Source of the DNA: an uncultured Chitinophagales bacterium
GTDB taxonomy: Bacteria > Bacteroidota > Bacteroidia > Chitinophagales > UBA8649
Assembly: GCA_963932515.1 (NCBI GenBank)
Contig: CAWVRT010000007.1
Location: 4,450-68,449, forward strand
Direction of reading: 5' to 3'
DNA length: 64,000 nt
Under the pieces are notes generated by a model, which searched no databases, was not told where the DNA came from, and worked only from the letters and a program-made list of their open reading frames with translations. Positions 1 through 10,633 of this stretch are shown here, one piece after another; within the stretch, counting starts at the first letter, position 1, and the number at the start of each line of letters is the position of its first letter. A program made the translations under genes and the position numbers.

Positions 1-678
1 CTCGGGAGAAATAACAGTAAACCAAGTATTTTCTAGCATCATTAACCTATCCGCAACGCCAATTCCAATTGCTCCACCAGAAGCGCCTTCTCCGATTACA
101 TAAGAGATTATTGGAGTTCTTAAAATACTCATTTCATACAAGTTTCTAGCAATAGCCTCTGCTTGTCCAAAATCTTCTGCTTCTAAACCAGCGTAAGCAC
201 CTGGCGTATCGATAAAAGTTACTACCGGAATTTCAAATTTTTCAGCTAATTTCATTAATCGCATAGCCTTTCTATAACCAGAAGGACTCGCCATACCAAA
301 ATTTCGGTATTGCCTCATTTTAGTATTCACCCCTTTTTGATGACCAATTACCATCACAGATTTTCCATCTAATTTTGCTAAACCACCAACAATAGCTTTA
401 TCATCTTCTAATTTTCTATCCCCAAACATTTCTGTAAAACTTTCAAAAATATGGTGGATATAATAAAGTGTATAAGGTCTTTCTGGATGTCTAGAAAGCT
501 CTACTTTTTGCCAAGGCGTTAAGTTTTCAAATACTTCTTGTTTCTTTTGAACAATTAAGTCTTCTAATTCTGCAATTTTATCATCTAGATTTACATCACC
601 ATCCTCTTGTATCTGATTAAGCTGAGTCAATTTTTGGTAAAGTGCTTCTATAGGTTTTTCAAAGTCTAAAAAAATCAT
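1..678 (-). CDS. accA: Acetyl-CoA carboxylase carboxyltransferase alpha subunit (C-terminal part cut by window edge)
   Basis: Hand translation of the minus strand from the ATG at 676-678 gives [17 protein letters not shown]...[57 protein letters not shown]...[15 protein letters not shown]. This is the typical AccA core. The frame stays open to position 1. Confidence 0.9.
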   Translation of the reverse strand, partial: MIFLDFEKPIEALYQKLTQLNQIQEDGDVNLDDKIAELEDLIVQKKQEVFENLTPWQKVELSRHPERPYTLYYIHHIFESFTEMFGDRKLEDDKAIVGGLAKLDGKSVMVIGHQKGVNTKMRQYRNFGMASPSGYRKAMRLMKLAEKFEIPVVTFIDTPGAYAGLEAEDFGQAEAIARNLYEMSILRTPIISYVIGEGASGGAIGIGVADRLMMLENTWFTVISPE

Positions 679-750
679 AATACATATTTAAAAAGCAAAT
701 TTAATATTTTTCTTGTTAATAATATTGAATTCGTATTCTCTATTTTTAAA

Positions 751-1533
751 TTAGGCCTCTTTGTAAGGCAAAGTGTTTAGAATATGCTTAATTGCGTCAA
801 CTCTTGCATCCATTTTCTTATTACCTTTTAGAATTATCCATGGAGCCATTTTTGTATCTGTCTTTTTGAACATATTTTTCTTATACTCCGTATAAACATC
901 CCATAATTCTTGAGCTTTTTCATCTACAGAACTCATTTTCCACTTCTTCAAAGGATCACTTTTCATTTTTTCAAATCTTCTTGCTTGTTCATTTTGAGAA
1001 ATAGAAAAATAGAATTTCACTAAATAAATACCATCTTCTATTATCATTTTTTCAAACTCATTAACTTGGTTCATAAAGCGCCTATACTCGTCTTGCGTGC
1101 AAAATCCATTAACAGGCTCTACTACTGCTCTATTATACCAACTTCTATCAAAGAATACCATTTTTCCTTTTTTAGGCAATCTGTTTATATATCTTTGAAA
1201 ATACCATTGACCTAGTTCATCTTCTGTAGGTTTTGGCAAAGCTACTTTACGCAGATGTCTAGGATTTAAATAATGCGTAAATTTTCTAATAGCACCACCT
1301 TTCCCGGCGGCATCTCTTCCTTCAAAAAGAATAACAACTCTCTTGTTATTATCAATTACCCAGTTTTGTAATTTTATTAATTCTTCTTGTAAAGACTTTA
1401 TTTCTCTTTCCTTAGAAACAAATTTTATTGCTTTATCGAATTCTAAATTTTCTTTTCCCTGTAATAAAAATTTTAATCCTTTTTTTGAGTTTAATAAGGC
1501 TGAATTTTCTTCATTCAATTCTATATTATTCAT
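751..1533 (-). CDS. Polyphosphate kinase 2 family protein (single-domain), copy 1
   Basis: 260 aa. Walker A-like FEGRDAAGKGG and the PPK2 motif FDRSWYNRAVVEPV are present. ATG start at 1533. Confidence 0.9.
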   Translation of the reverse strand: MNNIELNEENSALLNSKKGLKFLLQGKENLEFDKAIKFVSKEREIKSLQEELIKLQNWVIDNNKRVVILFEGRDAAGKGGAIRKFTHYLNPRHLRKVALPKPTEDELGQWYFQRYINRLPKKGKMVFFDRSWYNRAVVEPVNGFCTQDEYRRFMNQVNEFEKMIIEDGIYLVKFYFSISQNEQARRFEKMKSDPLKKWKMSSVDEKAQELWDVYTEYKKNMFKKTDTKMAPWIILKGNKKMDARVDAIKHILNTLPYKEA

Positions 1534-1548
1534 CTTCCTATCTTTAAT

Positions 1549-2406
1549 TTAGCTGTCTAATTTTTTTCCTTTTCTATGATATCTCATAACAATATTTGGA
1601 TCTGGAATTATATTTATTCCACTATCTCCTTTTCCGTCATAATTAAATTTAGATAAAATAAAACGAATGCTTGCCAACCTAGCACCTAATTTATTATCAG
1701 CATTTACAATAATCCATGGACAGAAAGAAGTATGGGTTTTACTAAACATTTGCTCTTTATAAAAAGAATATTTTTCCCAAAGATCTTGCCCTTTTTGGTC
1801 TACGGAACTAAATTTCCAACGTTTTAATGGGTTATTTAATCTATCATTAAATCTTTTCATTTGTTCCTCTTTAGCTACTGAAAACCAAAATTTGATAACA
1901 ATAACACCCGATTCATAAAGCATATGTTCAAATTCAGGTACTTGAACCATAAACTGGTCATATTGCCCTTCGTTACAGAATCCCATCACGGGTTCTACAA
2001 CTGCTCTATTGTACCAACTTCTATCAAAAAACACCATTTCACCTGGGTTCGGTAGTTCTTTTACATACCTACGAAAATACCATTGGCCAGACTCTACATC
2101 CGTAGGTTTATTTAATGCTACTATTCTAGAAGATCTTGGATTTAAATGTTCTACAAATCTTTTTATAGAACCTCCTTTACCCGAAGCATCTCTTCCTTCA
2201 AAAATTATAGCAACTCTTAACTTTTTTTTGTTGACATATAGTTGAAGGTTTATTAATTCTTCTTGAAGTTTCCTAAGGTCTTTTTCATATTGTATTTCTT
2301 TAAAAACTTTCTTTGTCTTTATCTTATTCTCTTTCAGAAAAGACTTTAATTCCGTCTTGGTTTTGAGGCCTTCTAAATTCTCTTTTGTAATTAGTTTTCT
2401 TGGCAT
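1549..2406 (-). CDS. Polyphosphate kinase 2 family protein (single-domain), copy 2
   Basis: 285 aa. Contains FEGRDASGKGG and FDRSWYNRAVVEPV. Lies 15 nt upstream of copy 1 on the same strand. Confidence 0.9.
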   Translation of the reverse strand: MPRKLITKENLEGLKTKTELKSFLKENKIKTKKVFKEIQYEKDLRKLQEELINLQLYVNKKKLRVAIIFEGRDASGKGGSIKRFVEHLNPRSSRIVALNKPTDVESGQWYFRRYVKELPNPGEMVFFDRSWYNRAVVEPVMGFCNEGQYDQFMVQVPEFEHMLYESGVIVIKFWFSVAKEEQMKRFNDRLNNPLKRWKFSSVDQKGQDLWEKYSFYKEQMFSKTHTSFCPWIIVNADNKLGARLASIRFILSKFNYDGKGDSGINIIPDPNIVMRYHRKGKKLDS

Positions 2407-2505
2407 TCGTTTCTATGTTGAAGTATCCGATTTGCTGGATTTAAGACGCTAAAAAATGATGTGAATTGAAACATTCTTTACTGGAATATTAAGTAAGACA
2501 CAGAT

Positions 2506-2964
2506 CTAATAATTTATTTTCTTCAGTATTACATCAATTTTTAAAGTTAAGTCCTTTAGTTCTTTTGGGGCATTATCATTGCCTTTAATTTTTTTTATAG
2601 TTTTACCATTTGCATATTCTAAAGTGAACCCAGGAAAATCTACATTAGGTATAGGATACTCTTCTAAATAACTTTCCCATGGATACAATTTTAGATTTTC
2701 GAATAATTTATTTACTTGCTCTTTACTAAGAATACCTATTTTTTCTCCAACATACTTAACATTAGATTTTCCAAAATATACAAAATTTCCATCTCTTTGA
2801 ATTTCAATTTTATAAGAAGGACACCGACCATAACAGCCACTTCTATACATAGAAAAATAATTTTCTGTAGATTCAATTAATTTGGACCTATTAGTATCCT
2901 TGGCTGTTTTACAACTATATGTTGTAAAAAACACTAAAAATAAAATAATAGTAAAAATTCTCAT
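2506..2964 (-). CDS. Small lipoprotein, possibly DUF6438-like
   Basis: 152 aa with a signal peptide ending in a lipobox-like TYSC. The motif SGCYGRCPSYKIEI resembles, from memory, the CYGxCP core of DUF6438. Function unknown. Confidence 0.55.
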   Translation of the reverse strand: MRIFTIILFLVFFTTYSCKTAKDTNRSKLIESTENYFSMYRSGCYGRCPSYKIEIQRDGNFVYFGKSNVKYVGEKIGILSKEQVNKLFENLKLYPWESYLEEYPIPNVDFPGFTLEYANGKTIKKIKGNDNAPKELKDLTLKIDVILKKINY

Positions 2965-2974
2965 TTGATGGTAA

Positions 2975-3583
2975 TTAATTGTTCTCTCTATTTTTTAATA
3001 CTTCATTGATCCCCTCTTCCGTTAAATCTTTAAAATCATAATCTCCGTAATAATTAAAAGCTGTTTTTAACGCTATAGAACGATAAATTTTTGATATAAT
3101 TTTAAAGTTTTCATCATCCCCTATTTCTACAGTTTTAGGCATTTTTTTATCAATGCCAATATCCCAATTCTTAACAATAAAAGAAGCGTTTGTGATTTCC
3201 AAATCTATATCAATAAATTCCAATCCGTCTATAGTTACAGTATCTTTTAAGTTTAGTTTAGCTCTAAATTCTTGATAATCTTCTTCCTCACAAAAGACAT
3301 CTCTCCAAATAACATAATCACTATTGGTGATATTTAAAATTCCTCCGTTAAAAATATTAATATGCTCGTTCAAGACTGTATCTCCAGTATTTAAAATTGA
3401 AATTACATGATTGATTCCTTGAGAAACTTTCATTGTCTTAACAGAATTAGATTTAAGCAAGATTTCCTTGCCTTCAATAAAAACTTTCACATTTTCCTTT
3501 AAAGGATTGTCTATTATAACTTCTTTTTTACAAGAAACCAAAAGCATAACAATGCACAAGCCACCAAAAATATATCTATTCAT
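2975..3583 (-). CDS. Hypothetical lipoprotein
   Basis: 202 aa with a signal peptide and lipobox LLVSC. No motif recognised. Lies 10 nt upstream of the next lipoprotein gene. Confidence 0.5.
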   Translation of the reverse strand: MNRYIFGGLCIVMLLVSCKKEVIIDNPLKENVKVFIEGKEILLKSNSVKTMKVSQGINHVISILNTGDTVLNEHINIFNGGILNITNSDYVIWRDVFCEEEDYQEFRAKLNLKDTVTIDGLEFIDIDLEITNASFIVKNWDIGIDKKMPKTVEIGDDENFKIISKIYRSIALKTAFNYYGDYDFKDLTEEGINEVLKNRENN

Positions 3584-3613
3584 AACTATTTATTAAACGT
3601 TTTTTACTCGAAA

Positions 3614-6442
3614 TTAATGTGCAATTAGCCAATTTTCTCCAATTCCTATTTCTGCTATAATAGGAACACTTAAACCATTGATTGCTTGCTCCATTTTTTC
3701 TTTAATTAAAGCGGTCATTTCTTCCAACTCTGGTTTAAATACATCAAAAATCAATTCATCATGTACTTGAAGTAGCATTTTTGACTTTAATGCTCTTTTT
3801 TTCATTTCCTCAAAAATATCTATCATAGCTATTTTTATTAAATCTGCAGCAGAACCTTGAATTGGCGCATTTATAGCAACTCTTTCAGCTGCTCCTCTTA
3901 ATATTGCATTTTGAGAATCTATATTCTTCAAAATTCTTTTTCTTCCCATAATCGTTTCTACATATCCTTTTTCTCTAGCCTTAGCAATATTATTATCCAT
4001 ATATTCTTTAATACCTGGATAAGTCTCAAAATAAGAATCAATAGTTGCTTTACTTTCTTTTCTAGACATATCTGTTTGTTGGCTTAAGCCAAAGGCAGAC
4101 ACACCATATATAATTCCAAAATTTACAACTTTAGCATTCGAACGCATCTCTCTTGTAACATCTTTTAAGTCTACTTTAAAAACTTTAGAAGCGGTAAGTG
4201 TATGAATATCTTCTCCATTATTAAAAGCTGCTAACATCACTTTATCTTTACTCATCTCTGCAATCAACCTCAACTCTATTTGAGAATAATCCGCTGCCAA
4301 AAGCGTGTATTCTTTACTTCTAGGAATAAAGGCTTCTCTAACTTTACGGCCTCTTTCTGTTCTTATAGGAATATTTTGAATATTAGGGTTTACAGAACTT
4401 AATCTACCGGTAGCTGCCACTGCTTGGCTAAACGTAGTATGGAGCCTTCCAGTGTTTTTATTAATCAGTTTTGGAATTGCTAAAACATAAGTAGAAAGTA
4501 ATTTAGAAAGTTGTCTAAACTCTAATATATAAGCAACAATTTCATTGTCTTTTTTCAAAGTCTGTAACTTATCTTCTCCGGTAGAATACTGCCCAGTTTT
4601 AGTTCTTTTTCCTTTATACGGAATTTGCATTTTGTCGAACAAAACTTCCCCAAGCTGTTTGGGAGAACTTAAGTTAAATCTCAGCCCAGACAATTCATAA
4701 ATTTTTGATTCTTGAATATCTAATTCTTTCGCTAAAGATTCTGCATAATTATTTAAAAAATCAACATCTATGTTGATTCCTTCTTCTTCCATTTCCGTTA
4801 AAACATTTACTAAAGGAATTTCAATAGTTTGCATTAATTCTTCTACTTTATTTTCTTTACAAAGTGCTCTAAATATTTTAGAAAGCTGAAAAGTAATATC
4901 AGCATCTTCTGCGGCATATTCTACTTGTTTTTCAATAGCTACTTGCTTAAAAGACAATTGATTTTTTCCTTTTTTACCAATTAATGTTGTTATAGGAACA
5001 GGTTCATAATTTAAATAGTTTTTTGCCATACTATCCATATTATGTCTCATGTCTGGTTCTAATAAATAATGAGCCAACATGGTATCAAACTGTTTTCCTT
5101 TAACTTCTATATCATATCTAAGTAGGATATGTTTATCATACTTAATGTTTTGGGCAATTTTTTCTATTTCTTCATCTTCAAATAATTCTTTAAAAATAGC
5201 CAATTGCTTAATGGCTTCTGCTCTATCTTCAGAAATAGGCATATAAAATGCTTCCTTTTCTTTAATACAAATTGACAGTCCTACTATTTCAGCAACTAAA
5301 GAATCTAAGCCTGTAGTTTCCGTATCAAATGTGAAATATTTTTTTGCTTTTATGTCATGAATTAACTTTTGTATTTGTTTGTCTTCATTCAATAAATAAT
5401 AGTTATGCGCTGTATTTTCAATGGTATTAGCAGTACTCAAAATACTCGGCTCAGGATTCTTTTCACTAGGACTTATTGTATTAGCTTTATTAGAAGTTGT
5501 TCCTCCAAATAAAGACATTTGATCTCCTGCTTGTGCAACCGTGTTTGTTTGAAAATTAGTACCTAAAATTCTTTTCGCTAAATTTCTAAACTCTAACTCA
5601 TCAAAAATCTTGCCCAAGGCTTCATAATTTGGTTCTACCAGATTTAGATCTTCATCTATTACTTCTACGGGAACGTCTAAAATAATTGTCGCTAATTTTT
5701 TTGATATTAAGCCTTGTTCTTTATTTGCTTCAACTTTTTCTTTTAATTTCCCTTTTATCTTGTCGGTATTTTCAAAAAGATTCTCCATGCTACCAAATTC
5801 TTTAATGAATTTTTTAGCTGTTTTTTCTCCTACACCTGGTAAACCAGGAATATTATCTACGGCATCACCCCACATACCTAGAATATCTATGACTTGTAAA
5901 GGGTCTTCCACTTGCCATTTTTCTTTAACTTCGGGTACACCCATTATTTCTACTTCACCACCTTTTCTACCGGGTTTATAAATAAAAATATTTTCGGAAA
6001 CTAGCTGAGCAAAATCCTTATCTGGGGTTACCATAAAAACAGTATAGCCTTCTTTTTCTTTTTGTTTAGCAATAGTTCCTATTATATCATCTGCTTCAAA
6101 CCCTGATAATTGATACATCGGAATATTAAAGCCTTTAATGATTTCTTTAATATCTTCCAGCATATTCCTAATACCATCTGGCATAGCTTCTCTATTCGCT
6201 TTGTAAAATTCAAATTCTACAGCTCTATCTGTTGCCCCTGGCGAATCAAAAACAACGGCAATATGTGTAGGTTTTTCTTTTTTAATTAATTCATTTAATG
6301 TATTTGTGAATCCATAAGCAGCAGAAGTATCTTGCCCTTTAGAGTTTGTAATTGGGTTCTTAATAAAAGCATAATATGCTCTATAAATTAATGCAAATGC
6401 ATCTAAAAGGAATAGTCGTTTATCTTGTTCTTGTTCTCTCAT
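3614..6442 (-). CDS. polA: DNA polymerase I
   Basis: 942 aa. N-terminal 5'-nuclease (LFLLDAFALIYRAYYA), 3'-5' exonuclease FDTETTGLD, and polymerase motifs DYSQIELR, RSNAKVVNFGIIYG and QVHDEL. Confidence 0.97.
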   Translation of the reverse strand: MREQEQDKRLFLLDAFALIYRAYYAFIKNPITNSKGQDTSAAYGFTNTLNELIKKEKPTHIAVVFDSPGATDRAVEFEFYKANREAMPDGIRNMLEDIKEIIKGFNIPMYQLSGFEADDIIGTIAKQKEKEGYTVFMVTPDKDFAQLVSENIFIYKPGRKGGEVEIMGVPEVKEKWQVEDPLQVIDILGMWGDAVDNIPGLPGVGEKTAKKFIKEFGSMENLFENTDKIKGKLKEKVEANKEQGLISKKLATIILDVPVEVIDEDLNLVEPNYEALGKIFDELEFRNLAKRILGTNFQTNTVAQAGDQMSLFGGTTSNKANTISPSEKNPEPSILSTANTIENTAHNYYLLNEDKQIQKLIHDIKAKKYFTFDTETTGLDSLVAEIVGLSICIKEKEAFYMPISEDRAEAIKQLAIFKELFEDEEIEKIAQNIKYDKHILLRYDIEVKGKQFDTMLAHYLLEPDMRHNMDSMAKNYLNYEPVPITTLIGKKGKNQLSFKQVAIEKQVEYAAEDADITFQLSKIFRALCKENKVEELMQTIEIPLVNVLTEMEEEGINIDVDFLNNYAESLAKELDIQESKIYELSGLRFNLSSPKQLGEVLFDKMQIPYKGKRTKTGQYSTGEDKLQTLKKDNEIVAYILEFRQLSKLLSTYVLAIPKLINKNTGRLHTTFSQAVAATGRLSSVNPNIQNIPIRTERGRKVREAFIPRSKEYTLLAADYSQIELRLIAEMSKDKVMLAAFNNGEDIHTLTASKVFKVDLKDVTREMRSNAKVVNFGIIYGVSAFGLSQQTDMSRKESKATIDSYFETYPGIKEYMDNNIAKAREKGYVETIMGRKRILKNIDSQNAILRGAAERVAINAPIQGSAADLIKIAMIDIFEEMKKRALKSKMLLQVHDELIFDVFKPELEEMTALIKEKMEQAINGLSVPIIAEIGIGENWLIAH

Positions 6443-6497
6443 AATATAAAACGCAAGGTAAGAAAAACTTTTTGTTATAGTATAAACTTAGGCTTAT

Positions 6498-6534
6498 AAA
6501 AACAAAAAAGCCCTGACTTTTAAAAGGCAGGGCT
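6498..6534 (-). terminator. Rho-independent terminator after the T9SS cargo gene
   Basis: The stem agccctg (6509-6515) pairs with cagggct (6528-6534). On the minus strand it is followed by TTTTTTGTT. Confidence 0.65.
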
Positions 6535-6559
6535 TAAAATATTATTTAGTAGTTAAAAA

Positions 6560-8875
6560 TTACTTAACTACAACATTTGTTGTGTATTTACCTGCATCAG
6601 TAGTTATATCTAAGATATAGATACCCGTTGCTAATTTAGAAGTATTCATTACTTCCATTACAGAAGAAGTTGTACTATAAATAGCGTTTACTACTTTACC
6701 ATCAATAGAGTGTAAAGAAATTTCAACAGTTTGAACTGAATTCAATTCAAAGTTAATATTCAATACATCATTAACTGGATTAGGGAATACGTTGATTCCG
6801 TTTGCAAAATCAATTTCGTTGATTGCAACATTCAAAGGAGTGCTTGCAGAATTAGCAGGGTCTGAACCAGCTGCAATTTCTTCCTCATTAGAATATCCAT
6901 CACTATCTGTGTCAAGAAAAATAACAACATCCTGAGAGATAGAGCTATTGTCTCCAGAAACAGGATCTTGCATAAATAATGTTACAGTATAAGTACCACT
7001 AGCTAAATAAGTATGTGTTTCAGAAGAACTAGATGGATGTGCAGAATTGTCACCAAAGTTCCAATCGTAGTTATAACAAGATACAACTTGAACAGCTGAG
7101 AAATTGATAGTTACAATAGAAGGAGTAGCTTGAATATAGTTAAATGAAGCATCTATACTAGGTAAACCACTTGCAATGCAAGAAGAAACAGCAACAGGAC
7201 TAGTCGATACAACATTAGTAGCTGTTAATTCAATAGCATAAGTAGTACCCGTAGTTGCATAAACATGAGTTGCTGGAGAACTAGTTAAAGTTTCAACTGC
7301 AGATCCATCCATCCAATCAACTGTATAAGTATTTTCTGAAGCAAAATCAAAAGTTAAAGTAACTTCATTATCACACGGTTCCCATGTATTAGAAACAGAA
7401 GGAGCTGCAGGAGCTTCCATTTCTTCTACTTGAAATTCATCAACCCAGTACCACCATGAAGCAGAAGTAGTGTTTTTATGTAACCCTATATTAAAGTTTC
7501 CTGTAGTGTTTGGTTTAAATGTTACAACATTTACATCAGCATAAGAGAGATCATTAGTTGAAACTGAACCAATACCCTGAAATTGACTAAAACTATTATC
7601 ATCCGTACATAAATGGAAATTAATATTTTCAGTTAAAGCACCACCATTACCATCCTCACCAACTTTAGATCTATAAGTAATTTTGTACCCTTTAGTAGAC
7701 TCTAAAAATAAACATGGAGAAAAAGCCCAATCATCAGCACCGTCATTTGCAGTTGCGTTATCGCCAAATACTGCTAAAGCGAACTCACCATCATAAGTAT
7801 TTGTAGGAGAATAAGTAACACCAAATTCTTCACCATCTAAGTTTCCATTTTCTGAAGTCCACCAAGCATTTGGCATATCAGAAGGACCATCTGGCCATTG
7901 CTCAAAACCTGTATAGTAAGGATCTCCTAAAACAACTGTATCTGGAGCAGCACTTACCATTAATGTAGTAATTGAAGAATCATTTGTTAATTCTTCATCA
8001 TTTGTCATAGAAATAGCAGCAGTAAGAAAATACCCGTCAAGAGTATCAACGTTTGCTAAAGTCGTAAAAGTAACTTGCGCACTTACGCCAGTAGCTAAAG
8101 CAGGAATGGTAAAAGTTTCACTAGCAGAAGAACTTCCATTCTCAAAACTTGCAGTAAAAGAAGTTACATCATTTAGACCGTTGTTTTTAACAGTTAAAGA
8201 AACCGGCGTTAAATCAGCATCACAAAAAGCAACAAAGTTAAAAGGATTCGTTAAGTAAGTAATAGGATTTGTTTTTTCATCAAAATCAACAGAAACTAAT
8301 TCTAAGTCTTCAGATGCTGGAGCAGCAATTTTAATATCGTCAACCCAAAAAACATCTGCGTCAGTAGATATTAATCTAAAAGCAACATATGCGTTACCAC
8401 CTACATGAGCAGAAAGATTCACCGAATAGCTAGTCCATACTTCGTCTTCAGCAGGTACTGTCATTAAAACAGTAGTAAAATCAGCTACAGCATTACCAGT
8501 AGTGGATATCAATACTTCATAAGCTTCAGGAAACCCTGAGTTAGTTCTTGCTTTCCAAGATAAATCTGTAACAGCTGTTGCCGTTGATAAATCTATTTGA
8601 GGAGTAATTAACCAATCATCAACTTGACAAGGAGGTACAGTCCAAGATTGAGCTGCAGCAGCAAGTCCTTGCGACCCTACGTCATCAGTTCTTATCATAA
8701 AAGATGCATTAGTATAAAATGTAGGAGAATTGATAAGACATAAATCTTGATTTAAAATGGTAACAGTAGTAGGTTCAGCACCATCACTACCAGTCTCAAA
8801 ATTCTCAAAGTAAAAAGTCTGTGCACTTGCAGTAAGCCCAAGCACTGTTAGCATAAATAATGTAATTTTTTTCAT
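6560..8875 (-). CDS. Secreted multidomain protein with T9SS C-terminal sorting domain
   Basis: 771 aa with a signal peptide. Two large N-terminal modules resemble choice-of-anchor J. PKD-like segments follow (WNFGDNS...HTY), then a DTDSDGYSNEEE calcium-binding-type motif. The C-terminus VFPNPVNDVLNI...GIYILDITT...VVVK is typical of a type A T9SS CTD. Confidence 0.8.
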   Translation of the reverse strand: MKKITLFMLTVLGLTASAQTFYFENFETGSDGAEPTTVTILNQDLCLINSPTFYTNASFMIRTDDVGSQGLAAAAQSWTVPPCQVDDWLITPQIDLSTATAVTDLSWKARTNSGFPEAYEVLISTTGNAVADFTTVLMTVPAEDEVWTSYSVNLSAHVGGNAYVAFRLISTDADVFWVDDIKIAAPASEDLELVSVDFDEKTNPITYLTNPFNFVAFCDADLTPVSLTVKNNGLNDVTSFTASFENGSSSASETFTIPALATGVSAQVTFTTLANVDTLDGYFLTAAISMTNDEELTNDSSITTLMVSAAPDTVVLGDPYYTGFEQWPDGPSDMPNAWWTSENGNLDGEEFGVTYSPTNTYDGEFALAVFGDNATANDGADDWAFSPCLFLESTKGYKITYRSKVGEDGNGGALTENINFHLCTDDNSFSQFQGIGSVSTNDLSYADVNVVTFKPNTTGNFNIGLHKNTTSASWWYWVDEFQVEEMEAPAAPSVSNTWEPCDNEVTLTFDFASENTYTVDWMDGSAVETLTSSPATHVYATTGTTYAIELTATNVVSTSPVAVSSCIASGLPSIDASFNYIQATPSIVTINFSAVQVVSCYNYDWNFGDNSAHPSSSSETHTYLASGTYTVTLFMQDPVSGDNSSISQDVVIFLDTDSDGYSNEEEIAAGSDPANSASTPLNVAINEIDFANGINVFPNPVNDVLNINFELNSVQTVEISLHSIDGKVVNAIYSTTSSVMEVMNTSKLATGIYILDITTDAGKYTTNVVVK

Positions 8876-9096
8876 CTTATTTTGTTTTAATTAATAATTT
8901 TATTTGTTCGTGTTCTCAAATGTAAGTCGAATTTTTTTGAATATCAACTTATTTATGTAAAATTTTTCTTTTTAACTTTTTGCAATTTTTGGGCAATACA
9001 ACACAATTAGAACTTAATATACCGTTTTTAAATATATGGGTTAACCTTTTTTGGGGTTTTAGTTTTGAAGTGCTTATGGTTACAACATAAGCACTT

Positions 9097-9888
9097 TTAT
9101 TTCATACTATATATATGTATTTTATTGTTATCGTGCAGTAAAATCCCATTTTTAAATACTCTAGCAGACTTTAAATCTTCCACCTTAGGTATTTTCAATA
9201 ACTCTATTTGTAATGTTTTTAAATCATAACTAACCAAATCGTTTCGATTCAAATAAATTAATTTTCCTCCTAAAACCTGAAAATCTGTTAAGTGTGGAAT
9301 TTTTATGGTGTTTTTGTAATTGGCAAAATTGTCGAACAAATGAACTCCATCATCATCTAATACAAAAATAGTTTGTTCTGTTTCTATAATTTTTAAAGGA
9401 ATTAAACTTTCTGTAAATAAGCTTAAAAAACTCTCGCTTTCGTAAACTAAATTTAAAGATTTACTTATTTTTTTTAAAGAGTTACTTAAATTATCGTAAA
9501 TCCAATAATTATCGCCATTTGCATGGGCAAGCGTTTCTATAAAATCGAGATTTCGCGCTGTTAAATTAATTGTATTTACTAAACTTAATTTTTGATCTAA
9601 GATTTGTAAATTACTAAAATCTTTATAAAAAACAAGCGGTTTTAAAGGATTTGAAACATCTAAGCTAGTTATTACCCCATTTTCTATTTCATTAAAACCA
9701 TATAACAACTTACCATTTTCGCTATACTTAGTAATTTTATTTTCTTGAACGGTATAAATATTACCAAAGGGGTCTACTTCTATAGTATTGGCGTTTACTT
9801 GGATTGCTTTTAATAAGGAATACGCTTGCGCTTGACAATTAAAAACTATCAGCACAAATAAATTAATGTATAGCAATCTCTTTTTCAA
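9097..9888 (-). CDS. Hypothetical secreted protein (beta-rich)
   Basis: 263 aa. A TTG start gives a normal signal peptide, MKKRLLYINLFVLIVFNCQAQA. The start overlaps the lpxH 3' end by 26 nt. No motif recognised. Confidence 0.55.
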   Translation of the reverse strand: MKKRLLYINLFVLIVFNCQAQAYSLLKAIQVNANTIEVDPFGNIYTVQENKITKYSENGKLLYGFNEIENGVITSLDVSNPLKPLVFYKDFSNLQILDQKLSLVNTINLTARNLDFIETLAHANGDNYWIYDNLSNSLKKISKSLNLVYESESFLSLFTESLIPLKIIETEQTIFVLDDDGVHLFDNFANYKNTIKIPHLTDFQVLGGKLIYLNRNDLVSYDLKTLQIELLKIPKVEDLKSARVFKNGILLHDNNKIHIYSMK

Positions 9889-10633
9889 AATATTTTAGTT
9901 CTAATTTATTATTGTCTAAAACAGCAAAACTATTAAAGTGTAACCAGTCTCCTAGGTTTATATATTTTGTTTTATCGTTTATTGCAAAATCTAAAGCTAG
10001 ATGTCTATGCCCAAATATGAAATAGTCATAATGTTTTTTTGCTAATTTTCTTTTAACGTAGCTTACTAACCATTCGTTTTCGGCGCCATGAAAAATTTCT
10101 TTTTTAGGCGAGTCCTTTCCATATCGACTACTTTTTGAAGATAATTGTGCAAAAGTCATTCCAATATCAGGGTGTATCCATTTGAAAAGCCATATAAAGA
10201 AAGGGTTTCTAAAAATATTTTTCAAAAACTTATATTTATAGTCTTTGGGTCCTTTTCCGTCTCCATGTCCTATAAAAAGCTTAAAGCCTTTTCTTTCTAT
10301 TTCTAAATTATCTGAATGTATTGTAAAACCTAGTTCTTCTTCAAAATAACCATTTAACCACATATCATGATTGCCTTTGAAATAATGTATTTTTATTCCT
10401 TGATCAGACAATTCTGCTAATTTACCAAAGAGTCTTGTAAACCCTTTTGGAATAACGGTCTTATAATCGAACCAAAAATCAAACACATCTCCTACTAAAA
10501 ATAATTCGGAAGCGTCTTTTTGAACTAAGCTTAAAAACCTGATAAATTTTTGCTCACGAACACTGCTTTCCTCTTTAGTAGGCGTACCAAAGTGCATATC
10601 TGACGCAAAATATATTTTTTTTTGATTATCCAA
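9863..10633 (-). CDS. lpxH: UDP-2,3-diacylglucosamine diphosphatase
   Basis: 256 aa with the calcineurin-like metallophosphoesterase motifs DMHFG, GDVFDFW, GNHDMW, GHGD and GHRH in LpxH order. Confidence 0.85.
   Translation of the reverse strand: MDNQKKIYFASDMHFGTPTKEESSVREQKFIRFLSLVQKDASELFLVGDVFDFWFDYKTVIPKGFTRLFGKLAELSDQGIKIHYFKGNHDMWLNGYFEEELGFTIHSDNLEIERKGFKLFIGHGDGKGPKDYKYKFLKNIFRNPFFIWLFKWIHPDIGMTFAQLSSKSSRYGKDSPKKEIFHGAENEWLVSYVKRKLAKKHYDYFIFGHRHLALDFAINDKTKYINLGDWLHFNSFAVLDNNKLELKYFEKEIAIH

Noticed and set aside
9069-9095. A 10-bp hairpin (agtgcttatg / cataagcact) just after the stop of the 9097-9888 gene
   Set aside because: On the coding (minus) strand it is not followed by a U-run. 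The T-run lies on the plus strand, where no gene ends. It is therefore not called as a terminator, although it may still stabilise the 3' end.
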